From NCBI GenBank assembly GCA_028534125.1, contig CM052832.1, positions 21,454,001 through 21,518,000 on the forward strand: 64,000 nucleotides of DNA, given 5' to 3'. The notes beneath the pieces were generated by a model. The model had not been told where the DNA came from and did no database searches. It was given only the letters and a program-made list of their open reading frames with translations. Positions 52,201 through 64,000 of this stretch are shown here, in pieces. Origin of the DNA: Lama glama. Its lineage: Eukaryota. Position numbers and translations under genes: made by a program. How positions within the stretch are numbered: the stretch's first letter is position 1; each line of letters begins with the position of its first letter.

Positions 52201-53212
52201 GGGACAGTTCATTGTAAAAGGGGCTGGACTTGTATCTGACTCTTAAACAATGACAGGAAATACATTTATTCGATTTTTAAAAAACACTATCCTTTGCGTG
52301 AAAAAACCCCCAATATTCTCTAGCTCTACTTAGTATTAGAATTAAATATATTCAAAAGGGAAAGAATGTTCCTTTGAGGTCAAATATCCATACCTCCAAG
52401 TGTTTAATTTATGTTTCTCTATTTATTGCCATGAGTATTTTCCAGGCCCTATTAGTCTTTACTCTCATTACAGAAATAACCTAAACACAAAGAAAAACTG
52501 AAAAAAAAAATTATGGCTTTTTGAAAGTCCTTCCTCCCCAAGCAAAGATGCAAGATACAAAGACCAGACAGAAGGTGGTTCTGCTGAATCAAATCAGACT
52601 TTGAAATTTCTTCCAGCAAAGGCCCTTGTGCTTTTTGCCTTCAGTTGCTGGCTGGTTTTCTTCTAGCCATGTGCCCAACCCAGTCAAAGAAAGGCAACCC
52701 AAGGGAGCCTCTTCCTCTTTGGAGGCAAATCTCATTCTTAATAACAAAGCAGTTTTCTTCTGCTGGTTGAAAGCCAACAGTAGCAACACAGTAACAGTGT
52801 TTTATTGGTTTGGTAAATGTAATTCTAAACATCAATTCTCGACAGCAAATAGTTACACAACAAATGCCAACCTGATATCCCCTTTCCAGCACTAGAACCT
52901 GAACCTGAGTGCTGACTGAACTTCCAATTTGAAAACCAGCCAAGTGTTAACCACCTACCTGTACATTTCCAGTATTCTAGAACACTCTAAGGTATTACCT
53001 ACAATGCTTTTACAGATTTTTTTTTAATTGTAATAAGAACACATAACCTGAAATCTGGTCTCTTAACCAACTCAAACAAGTGGCCCTTCCACATCACAGA
53101 CTTGGCACAAGTATGTTACAACTATTTTTTCTCCATACTAGGCAAGCTCTACAATGCCCAAGCACCATAGGAAAGTGCTCAACATTTAAAACTACCAAAA
53201 GTCCTAAAGGTA

Positions 53213-53337
53213 GGGGAGGGTATAGCTCAAGTGGTAGAGGGCAAGCTTAGCATGCATGAGATCCTGGGTTTAATCCGCAGTACTTCCTCTAAAAATAAAA
53301 AAATAAATAAACCTAACTACCTTCCCCTTAAAAAAAA
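53213..53337 (+). mobile_element. tRNA-derived SINE (Vic-1-like)
   Basis: ggggagggtatagctcaagtggtagag...cctgggtttaatcc. Degenerate TSD aaaagtcctaaaggta / aaaagccctaaggcta. Confidence 0.92.
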
Positions 53338-54416
53338 AAAAGCCCTAAGGCTAGATGTTGCCAGTAATATCTATTCATGAGATCTTATTAATGGGATGAC
53401 CAAGTGGGGTCAATATGGGATATCTATGTGGAAGCCTTTTTTTTATTAAAATTTCCATTCCGAGATTGAATAATTATCTCCACTTGCTCCTACCTTCCTG
53501 ATCTTTTCCCATTGGTCCCTATCAGCCATTATTGAGCAAGATGGGGCCAATTTTCTTTGATGAGCTTTTCATATCGGCACAAAGGTGACAATCTTCACAT
53601 CTTCGAACTAAAGAGCAGATTATCTTCTTGGAAAGTGTCTTTAGAATTTCTGTTTAACTGATGACACCATAAATGATCCAAATTACAAAGAGAAAGGCAG
53701 ACAGAAAGGCAGCTGAGTTTTAGAGAGAGATTTAGTGTTTAATCTACTAATGTGCAGTAATTACTGCCAACTAGCCTCACATTTGCCCAAAGCCCTCATT
53801 CCAAAAGCACTGAGGACTGGGCATCTTCAGTCTCCTACACTACCAAACACTTTATCAAAACAATACAAAACTCAAAAGAATTTAGAGAAAGATTCAGACA
53901 CTGGGAGAAAAAAGGTGTGGGTGTGGCATATAGGACACCTCCCAATTTTCCTTGTGGGGAAAGAAGGCTTCTTTTCAGATACTAAATTATAGGAGAGGAT
54001 GGATAAGTTCTACCTTACTCAGGTTCTAAATGAGAATTTTTGAATCATGAATTCAGAACTGGCACAGGTGGAGGAATTAATAGATCATTTAGTTCAAACT
54101 CTTCAATTCAGAGATAAGGCTCACTCCTTAGACAATAAGTGACATGGTCAGTCATACAGCTCATAATACTTATCCACAACATCAAAAATGGATTTTATCC
54201 TGACGGTTGCTTTTAGGCACGTGGTGAATTAACGAATTAATCTAAACCTGCACCATCCATTATAGTGGCCACTAGCCACAAGTGACTGTTGAGAACTTGA
54301 AATGGGCAAATCCAAACTGAGATGTGCTGTAAAACACACACCAGTATAAAATACCAGATTTTAAATAAAAGAATGTAGACTCACTCATTAACTTCATATT
54401 GATTATGTGTTGAAAT

Positions 54417-54811
54417 GGTTAAAATTAATAAATAGAAATCTCAATTAGAGTTGTGTGGCCAGAAGGGGAAGTTCTGAGTTTCATGGTGAGAGAGGAGCCT
54501 AACAGGAAGGAGAAAGACTTTCTTTTCTTTCCTGGCAAGAGCTCAGCCAATCAGAGACTGAAATAACTCAGCTAATGAAAAGTCACAACAGTGCTCCAAA
54601 CTCTCAATTCCTCCAATGAACTCTTTGTTCACTACAGCCCTCCCAACTTTCTTTCCCCCTCTTTAAAAGAGTTCTCCTCTCCTTGCTGTGTAGGGACTTG
54701 CATGTGGCTCACCGTGGTTGCAGATCCTAAACTGTAATTGTTTCTTGCTCTAGAATAAACCCACATTTTCCCTAGAGAAACAAATGGCAGTCTATTTGTT
54801 GTAGGTCAATA
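54417..54811 (+). mobile_element. ERV1-class solo LTR
   Basis: CCAAT boxes, a tttaaaa TATA-like motif, aataaa and the end ggtcaata. 4-bp TSD aaat at 54413-54416 and 54812-54815. Confidence 0.75.
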
Positions 54812-54875
54812 AAATGATAGTATTTTTTTATATCCTGAATTAAATAAAATATATATAAAAATTAACCCCACCTGT

Positions 54876-54973
54876 TTATTTTTATTTCATTTTTTTAATG
54901 CAGGTACTGGGGATTGAACCCAGGACCTCATGCATGCTAAGCATGCATTCTATCACTGGGCTATACCTATCCC
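54876..54973 (-). mobile_element. tRNA-derived SINE (Vic-1-like)
   Basis: gtactggggattgaacccaggacctcatgcatgctaagcatgc...gctatacc. Confidence 0.9.
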
Positions 54974-56965
54974 TCTCTTCTTACTTTTTTAGTGTAGCTT
55001 ACCAGAAAATTTAAAATAACATCTGTGGTTCATTTTCATTGGACAGCACTGCTCTAACACATTACTGTGTAGTTTTAAAACATTTAACAGAAATTCCTCC
55101 TTTCTCTATTTTAAGAACCATATTGATCATTTTTCAAAAAAAAATCTTTTTAACTCACCACAAATACCCTTAATTGCACTAATTATGTAAATGAAATGCT
55201 TTAATTTTAGGAAAAAATACATACATATCTATAAATTGTTAAAGGCAGGAATTTTGAAATGCTGAATTTCTCTTTTTGACCTTTAAATTAATCTTGCTTC
55301 CCTTTTCCTGGTTGACCCTAGCCTCGCCAAAAACTTAAGGCACGATCAACTTGCTCGTTGTTTTCCGAGTAATCCAGGCAACCAAGGAGAGAGGCCATCT
55401 AAATTTTCCAATCTGTCATTTCCCATTTTGTGTGGCTGCAAAAGCAACCATATAAAAAAAGAATAGTGTTTGGACTTAAAATGCAGAAATCGATCATTCT
55501 CAAATTTATTTTTGAAAAAGCCAAAAATGAAGGTCCAGAATACATACTGTCTTTGGTAAGATAAATCTTTTGTTCCTGACCCTATTACCAAAGAACTTAG
55601 CATAGATGTGAGCAATAAATAACACGAGCAGTACACCCACCATCTTTCAACCATTTGCCAGTCGGGATGGAGGCAGAGGAAGCAGAAAGGATTAAGCAGA
55701 AATCAAAGACGGCCAAGCTCTAATGGTGTCTAATTAGCATAACAAAAGACACTGCCACAATCTTTCAGCAGTGGGCAATACATTTCATTAAAGAAGACTG
55801 AATAACAACTATTCTGTCCTGCTCCCCCCACCCCCACCCCCACGCCTCTTGGCTTAGCTCCGGGAGACCCTGAGAGCTGAGCTGGAGAGCTTCTGCTTTC
55901 TTGGCCAGGCATTCAGGCTGCAGGGAAAGAGCCCACTTGTATTACTGTGCACCTGCATCTCAATGCTTTATTCTGTTTTCCTCTCCTGCTGTGAAAATGT
56001 AGCTTCTTCAAGCACACATAAGTCCTGCTATGCTGCTGACAGGTATACAATATTGAGAATTAGCAATGATGACCTAAAAAAATGAATACTAAATATCTTT
56101 ATTTTAAAGAAAACTGATCTATTTGTTTCTCTTCACTTATTCTGTTTTTCCCCTTTGATATTACTTCCTTGTCTCAGAGATGAAGCTAAATTGAAAATCT
56201 ACCATATTTATTGCAACCAGTAATTAGCTCTGAGCATGTGTGCGTGCACACACACACACATGCGCGCACACACACACATATCATGGAATTTAAATGGGAG
56301 TAGCCTGGTTCAGACCTATCCTCTCTCCCTAGTTCCTCTTGATGATAGACAACTGAGAAAATACATGAAATTCAACACAAGGAAATTGAGGTTGTAGGTG
56401 AACACATGGTAGTTTTTGTATAAATTTAACCAAGAATAAGATTCTACTTAAATGAAGTATTGAAAAAAATTCTTCCAGGGTGATCACTAAGAAAGATGAA
56501 AGCTTCAAGTAATCCTACGTATTTTTCATCTCAATCTCCTTTTAGGGGAAGGACTGAGTGGGGAGGAAGGAGAAGAGGATGCAGTTATTTAAACCAAACA
56601 ATTTCCAGTTGTGAGCTGTATTTTTTGATCAGTAATACCTTTCAAAAAGGAATCTCGTTATGAGGGCTGCTTTGATTTTTTTTTTAAATGGCCTCTCCTG
56701 CCAAACACAATATTACAGAGTCTACTTAAACCTGAACACTGCCCTGTCTGTGAGCTGTTCTAGGAAAAGCTGTTTATCACAGAGGTAGGCAGGAACCTCT
56801 GCCATCCTTACTGAGCCTCCGAAGCAGAGACCAAGCCAACGAGCCAAGTAGCTGGGAAAATCTACTGAACCTACTTAGTACATCTGGATTATCCAGCTGC
56901 TGCAAAGCTACTGCACTGCAGTAACTGAGAGACCTCGAGAATATTCAAGTCATTAACATACAGAT

Positions 56966-57562
56966 TGCATGAAATGGAGCAAGGCCCTGTGGGGAGTCCC
57001 TGGGTACAAATCCTTTCTTTGCCCCTTTTCTTGTTTGTATGGAATAGGCTTCCTTCAGCTTCCTCGACCTTCCCTGAGTTCCTAAGGGCAGATTCAAACA
57101 GTTGCTTGTCTATGAAGGGAGGGAATGCAGAAACCAAAGAGGACCAGTCAAGAAACAACAGTGCAGCCATGGGCAGGGTCCTGGCTCCTTCTCAAGGAAT
57201 ATACATAACAGTACCTTTGAGTTCCTCTGTAGGAACTAAGGCCTCCACCCAAGTAGGAGATGGCAACTTCAGGCTGAGCACAAGATTCCTGAACACCGTC
57301 CTATTACCTCACCATCAACCAGTCAGAAGGAAGTCTGCACACACTGAAAGATAAGGAAGACTCTGACCCTCTCCCCAAATGATTCTCCTTTTAAAAATGT
57401 TCATGGCTGAGCAGAATCTTTGGAGCTGGTTTTTGGATACGAGCCCGCCACCTCCTGGAGTTGCTGGCCTCCTGAATAAAGTAATCATTCCTTTCCTACC
57501 AGCACTCGTCTCTCAAGTATTGGCTTTCAAGCAGTGAGCCGCTGAACCTGAGTTCCTTAACA
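56966..57562 (+). mobile_element. ERV solo LTR (probably ERV1 class)
   Basis: TG...AACA ends, tttaaaa, and aataaagt...actcgtctctcaagtattggcttt...gtgagc U5-like end. TSD not evident. Confidence 0.75.
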
Positions 57563-57777
57563 TGTAGACCTGGGGCAAGGCATTTTAATGTTACACTCCG
57601 CATGCGGCAGCGCACAGTTAAAATAAACCTTGGGACGTCACTTAAATCCTGAAAGCCCCTTTGCTATGGGGTGAACTACTCAACGTTCAGGAACTGGTTT
57701 CCACCTTCCGCACTACAGGAAGAGTGAATTTTTAAAAATCCTCTCACCGAATTTCTATTTAAAAGAGCACATGGCTA

Positions 57778-58320
57778 GGGTGGGGGGGGGGGTTGCCAAG
57801 ATGGTAGAGAAGGATGCAGTGCTCACCCTCTCCCACAAATGCATCAAGAACTACTACACGTGGAACAATTCGCACAGAATGCCTACTGAGCTTTGGCAGA
57901 ATATCGCTTACTTCGGGAACTACAAGGAAAATCCTCATGAAACTGAGTAGGAGAGGAAAAAAAGAAAAAAGAAAAAGGAAATTGGGGCAGGATCTGTTCC
58001 CGGGGTAGGGAGCAGCAAAGGGGGAAAGCCCCTCACCCTAGGAAGCCCCCTCTCCGGCAGGGAGGCCAGCTGGGCCAGAACGGGCGGGTGCTCCAGAGGC
58101 CGGGAGGAGACAGCAGCGGTGGGTCGGCAGACAGACAGAGAGAAAACAGGCACAAAGGACAAACAACAAGTTCCTACTGCAGAGCACAGGGAACTACATT
58201 CAGTATCTTGTAGTAATCTTCCACGAAAAAAATATGAAAAGGGATATATATATGTTTATGTATGGCTGTACACCAGAAATTGACAGTACATCGTAAACTG
58301 ACTACACTTCAATTAAAAAA
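57778..58320 (+). mobile_element. Bipartite L1 derivative: 5'UTR fused to 3' tail, no ORFs
   Basis: G-run + caagatgg start, ~380 bp of GC-richer 5'UTR-like sequence, then an L1 3' terminus and A tail. Flanked by agagcacatggctag / agagcacattgtag. Confidence 0.75.
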
Positions 58321-61300
58321 GAGAGCACATTGTAGTTTTTTTTACTTTCTTGCCTATTTTCACCCTAAAGGTTTGCCAAAAGATACTATGCAAATACAGC
58401 ATGTTACTATGAATTCTATTCTACTTTTTATTTTTAAAGCACAACAATTTGGTATTTTAATTCCGAATAAGTGCCTAGATCCACCGCAGCCCCTGTCTCT
58501 GGTCTGACATCCTACAAAGGTTTCTGGGTACATTGGTACAATTTCCTTCCCTTTCAAGAAAGAACCCCAGCCAGTAGGAGAAGAGCTTGAAGCGTCCTAA
58601 CTAAGAAGTCAAGAAGCCTTTAGTTTGACCTCTGCCACTAACCAGCTATGTGACCCCAAACAAATCATTTCGCTTTGGAGCCTCAGTTTCCTCATCTAAA
58701 AAAAAGGGGTGGGAATTTGAAATCAGTAACTGGAAGGGTCACTTCTGGCTCACAGATTCATGGGGAGGCAGGGCCAGCAGCGCCCCCAGTGAAAAGGCGG
58801 TGGTTGTGGTGGCAGCAGCAACAGTGTCCCATGGACACGGCCAGGGGCTGGCCCTTGCTGCGCGACCTGGCACTGATCTCAGCGTCACTGTTCCTTCTCT
58901 TCACTCCCAGAGCAGACACACAGCCTGGGATTAACAGTGTTCGCCGAAGGCAAGGCTGAAGGAAGGAATGAATGGGAGTAACATTTTGGGGATTCGGTTT
59001 ACCAGTCGGAAAGCAGCAATTAAAATAATTACCTGGCTCAAATCTTGAATTGTCTTCAGATGAATAACCTACTTGTGGGAATCAGTGTATGTGCTGGAAA
59101 AGCTGGATTCCTATTGGTATCACAGCCGATGGCACTCCTGTTACCGCCAGGAGTCAATCTCCAAGTTTCATGCATCTTTCATTTACTATAGGAGATAGCT
59201 CTGTGAGCTGAAACATGTTCAAGAGTTCAGCATTACTCCTGGATATCTTGATTCAAGGAGTCAGGAAAAAATTTTAATTTTAAGTAGAAAGCCATCTTGG
59301 GGGCTCTATCCAATTACTGCTTCAGAATCGGAAGAAGTTTGAGAAAGCAATATGGTATGGATGCATGACTACTGAGTGTAAGACGGTTGCTAAACATGCT
59401 AACAAAGCAGAAGGCTGCAGGAGGAATTAGGTCTGGTCAGAAGTCCTGCTGCCCACTGCCCTGTGTCTGTCTGTCTGTCTGTCTCTGTCTCTCTCGGAAT
59501 CCTGCCCGAAAAGCCACAACTCAAAAGGATTTCAGAGAAGTAAGACAAAACATACTTAATGGGGAGAAAGAAGGATGACTGTCCAATATGGATAATCTAC
59601 AATTCATTTTTTCAGTAGCGAGAAGGATGAATTATGCTAAAAAAACAAAAACAAAAAAACACCCAACCCTCCCCCCTCAAAAACCTGAGCAGCATCTTGC
59701 CATTCTAAAACGTGATCCTGTACCTGCCTGAAAGAGTTAAGGCTATATAAATATTTATCATTCTTCTTTCAAAAGGATAAGAAAAATTCCTTTTGCATAC
59801 ATGAATTTCAGATTGCTAGGCAAACATCAGGCTACGGTCAGGGGCCCATCATCTTAATGAGGATATGGTAACGTTATTGGGCTTTCTTTTCTTTCTTTTT
59901 TTTTTTTTTTAGCTTGCTTATGTGTGATCAAAAACACCCTAGAGATTTTGATTTTATACTAGGGCACGCACGGACCCATGAACAGTTAATGCTTTTAGAA
60001 GCATATGGGTGGGATGGGAGGAATACCATCTAGGGCTTACAGTGGGACTAGGGTGAAAGATTCATTAAAAGTGATAAATAGGATATGTCTTTCTTAATGT
60101 TTTGCAATTGCATATTTAATACAGCATGCCAGTGACTATGCATTTTAACTGTCTTTATTTTTAAGAGAGCTGCCAGATTTCAATTATAGATTAAACAGTT
60201 ATTTGCAAATGAGTATCTCTTCATTAACATATCAGAATCATCATAATAAACAATTCTGTTACTAAACAGTACCTAGGACAGTGTGAAGTATGAAGAACAG
60301 TACATACATATGGCACTACAGCTGGGCAAAATATTCTATTTACCTTGAGCAAGCTAATACCTTAAAATTTTTTTTAAGGGAAATCAATAACCTAGATGAA
60401 AGCTCCCAAGATTCTAGATTTTATGAGATTAGAGATTTTGTTTCTTTTATTTACAGCCATATCCCTAGTGCTAAACACCATGGTTGGCTCACTGTAGGTG
60501 TTCAATAAATGTTTGTTAAGTGAATGAATGAAAGAACCAGCTTTTTTAACAAGTACATGGTCATATTTCTGCAGTTATATTGTCATGCACTGATACTTCT
60601 GGAAAAATTGCTAAATTGGAATCAAATCATCAGTGAGGTAATTCTCAAAGGATTTAATTCCCTAATTTATTCAAAGGACCATAAAAGAAATGCATTTTTT
60701 TCTGTTACCACCTTCATAACAAACAGCAGCTATAATAATCTTATTTTACCTAGTTCCTTAATTAATTAATTAATGTATAGGAAAGACTGTATTTTCAGAG
60801 CAGTTTTAAGTTCTTAGCAAAACTGTGAGGAGGGTACAGAGACTTCTCATGTATCTCCACCCCTATCCGAGCACAGCCCCCTCTACTGATGTATGTGTAG
60901 GTTCATTACTTGTAATAAATGTGCCACTCTGGTGAGGGATGTTGATGACAGTTCCCTATATTTCATTTTCACGTATACTTTTGTTGTTTCCAACTCCCAG
61001 ATGAAGAAACACAAGGAACTTAGGTAACTTGCTCAAGGCTACTTTGTAAGTTAGATACAGCTCCTGGGCACCAGGCATCCTAGCCCAAGTGTTCAATGCA
61101 GTCTACAAAGCTGCTACTTACTTTGTGTCTGGAAGAGAGCACAAAACAAGGCCTTTAAGGGAAGATAAAAGGTACTGTAATTATCACGCAACAGGGTAAA
61201 GCACAAAAAGATGGGAAATTTTCATTATTATTAACAGAGAAGGATGGAAAATAATTAAAATCTTTTCTCAAAATAGCCACCTTGAGTTCTCTGCTTCATA

Positions 61301-63869
61301 TTAGATTATAATACATCAAATATAGAACAGCTAATGTCAAAATGTAGGCTAAGAAAACGGCCTTTAAAATCAAGGTCCAAAATTTGTGATTAGATCTCTA
61401 AACTGACTTCAGCAAGACATAGATGCACTCGATTTGCACCCTTCAGAGATTAGGAGATTTGGGGGAAAAGACAGCCAGATTCGGGAATTTCTTGCTTACC
61501 AGATCACAATCAGAAGACAAAACCACAAAAGTTCTTCAAAAGACCTACCTGTGCCTCCTTTTTTAGGGGACATACAAGATGGAAAAAATTAATAAAGCAA
61601 AATCAGTAGCCCTACAGATCACTTACAACTTAGGCAAAAAAGTAGTTGGATAGTTTTAAAATTCAAAATGTTAATCCAGTTTCCTGAACAACTATTTCGG
61701 ATTGGTTTGGCGGAACTCTCTCTGAGGCTTTCTAGAAATCACTGAAAGATCAGATAAATACAACCAGGACCAGACAGCTAAGTTCAGCTTACTTCTAGAA
61801 ATGCCTGGAGCTGGAAATGAGTCCACCAAGCTCAGTGGTGTGTTCCAGTGGATACGCTCTTTGGTAGCACAAGGATTGGCAAGTGATACAAAACTTAAAG
61901 GTGCCAGATTTACTGTTTCAAATGTGGTGGTGGTGGGTAGGTGGGTGGGAAGGATTCATGAGAAAGTTTAAGAAAGAGAAAATTTGATTCGATTACTCAT
62001 TTCTCCTACCCACCATGACCATAAGCACAAGCACTGCCCTACTGCGGCCCCTGTTCCAGTGATGAAATACGGCTTCTTCACCAAGCCCCGTACGAGGTAG
62101 GTACTGACATAACCCTCACACTGTTGATAAGAAAATTAAGGCCCACTGCAATGCTCTTAACCAAAGCCCCAGAGGTAATAAGTGAAGCTGAATGATTTTT
62201 TTTTAATGCTTTAAAATTCAAAGGGATAGTAATCTATTATTTGGAGTACATATAGACGGAGACTTGTGCAGCAAATTAAAAAGTGCTGTTTTATGGAGGC
62301 GACAGTTAATAGCTTACAATATTCAGTCACAAACATTTTATTTCTGATTTTTTAAAAACTGTAAAGATACACAATTACTTCCAAATTCTTCAGCTTGCCA
62401 GAAAGCTAGTAGGCAAGAAATATAAAATGAATTTAAGGCTAATTATTAAAATATACCCACCCCCAGTATTTCCTAGAAAAGACACGGGAAATCCTTCCCC
62501 CCACTCTCCACCCCCCTGCCAAAGGCTTGCTCCTGACTAGGCATCTTCATGGGCAGCACGTGACTGTTTAGCCTTAGTCTTGGGGTTAAACCAGGCCTCA
62601 GACTGATAAATGAAGGAAGCATCTGACTATTAACAAGCAAAGCCATGATAATGAGTTGTTTAAATCAGGGCAACTTATTTCATAAGCCTAGTTTGGGTAC
62701 TGTTTCTATTATGGTCTCATACTCTCTCTTTCTCTCTTCCCAACACTCCCTCACCCACCCACCCACCCTACTTCCTCCTCTATCTTTGAAAATCTTTGCA
62801 AAGACGCTGAGGCCTTTCCTCACCCTGAAAACAGGTGAGGGAAGACACGCCGTATCACGCCAACAGCAGAGAAGTCACTTCCCTTCTAATGAGTCTATCA
62901 CTTGCTGTGCCCTAGGTTAAAAGATAACAGGGACACTAGCAAGCAATCCTGTCGCACTTTGCGAGTTGAAATGTTGTTTGCTTAAAAATTCAGAAAAACG
63001 TGGCCGTCTGGAATCACTCCCTAAACTGTGTGCTTTGCTAGTGACCCCAGTGTTCTAGAAAGAACAGGGAACCCAGCTGGAGACCCAGGCTCTGAGTTCT
63101 TGAGTGCTTGGCTGAGTCCTCCTGTGATCCTCAGTCTGACGCAACTACAGTCAGTTCACTTAATGTGAGGACAGGTACCACTTCTTAAGAAACTGATAAC
63201 TGCTATATGAAAGTAAGTTGTTGGTGATACTGACATCGCTGTTGTGACTACAGAGGCCCAGTGATTGTGCAAACAAGTTATTGTCTAGAAACTGTTTTGA
63301 GTTAGAAACTTTTGGGGGGCACCATTTTCAATCAAATGAATTTCTTTGGCAATGACTTATCTAACAAGATCATCTTTGACAATGCGATCCCTCCTTTCTT
63401 TTACTTAAAAACCCTTATATACAGGTTAAAATTAACTTTAATGTGATTTTTTTTTTTAAGCTAAAGAGTATGCTCCTCTTCATTATGTGTGCTCAGAATT
63501 TACACAGGGCACATCCATATTAACAGCACAGGCACGTCTTTTCCACTGTTGGTGTCATTCACAACGTAAATGGTGAAGGATTTACAAAGAACAGTAGGCA
63601 ATGGCTTTGTGCAAGAATTTTATATTATTAAAAAATTCTTAAATGTATAACCCTTGTCGCAGAATTTAGAATGATAAGAAACGTAATTTTGTGACGGTTT
63701 CCTTTTCTCCCTCATCGCGCTCTTTCCCCAGGACACTGCCCTTGCCTTGGATACTATGATTGCCCCTTGCATCTTCATTCCTCCTTTGCTCTGCTGCCCT
63801 ATGCTCGTGACACTGGTGGTTCCTATCTTTTAAGTGACATTTTCTTATTTAGTGGGTGGACTAGACAAA

Positions 63870-64000
63870 GTATCAAGGGGTGCTAACACAGGTTTGAGTT
63901 CAAGTCAGATTCTGACTTGTTTGGACAAGCTAGTCATTTTTGCCATCTATAAAATGGGGAAAGTTTACATCTAACTTAGAATTAAGGAAATACATAAAAA
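63870..64000 (+). mobile_element. MIR fragment
   Basis: tgagttcaagtc...ttggacaag...catctataaaatgggga. Confidence 0.6.

Larger units (their letters stand above)
54248..55051 (-). mobile_element. MER33-like hAT MITE split by an LTR and a SINE
   Basis: gtggccactagccac...gagatgtgctgtaa...gttgaaat | gatagtatt...aaaatttaaaataaca...ttggacagcactg. Confidence 0.8.

Noticed and set aside
58770..58800. CTCF-like gggggcgc motif on the minus strand
   Set aside because: The 5' half of the motif does not fit the consensus.
45733..64000. Further upstream CDKAL1 exons
   Set aside because: I found no segment translating to the preceding CDKAL1 peptide. The next exon is probably outside the window, though a small exon could be missed by eye.
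1..64000. CRISPR array, operon or other prokaryote-type system
   Set aside because: There is no regularly spaced repeat-spacer structure and no dense ORF cluster. The sequence is intron- and repeat-rich mammalian DNA.

Overview
Mammalian genomic DNA, most likely a camelid: there are six copies of a tRNA-derived SINE that I recognise as Vic-1-like, plus artiodactyl-type L1 3' ends. The only protein-coding gene I can support is the 3' end of CDKAL1 (tRNA-Lys t6A37 methylthiotransferase) on the minus strand. Its last three coding exons lie at 45649-45732, 42354-42518 and 27556-27762, all with canonical splice sites and in phase 0; they encode the TRAM region and the C-terminal membrane anchor. 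Positions ~27.8-64 kb are otherwise CDKAL1 intron, and 1-~26.8 kb is downstream intergenic DNA (towards SOX4 if human synteny holds). The rest is interspersed repeats (L1, L2, MIR, SINE, solo LTRs, hAT MITEs), microsatellites and a 500-N assembly gap. Almost all entries in the ORF track are spurious. I see no evidence for a new multi-gene system. The most unusual items are: (1) a ~540-bp TSD-flanked element in which an L1 5'UTR is fused directly to an L1 3' tail; (2) a perfect 53-bp inverted duplication with arms 1.27 kb apart; (3) a TSD-bounded L1 whose 3' end switches to an old L1MC/MD-type tail; (4) an apparent 5-residue C-terminal extension of CDKAL1. Repeat family names come from recognition by eye, not from a database search, and repeat boundaries without a TSD are approximate.
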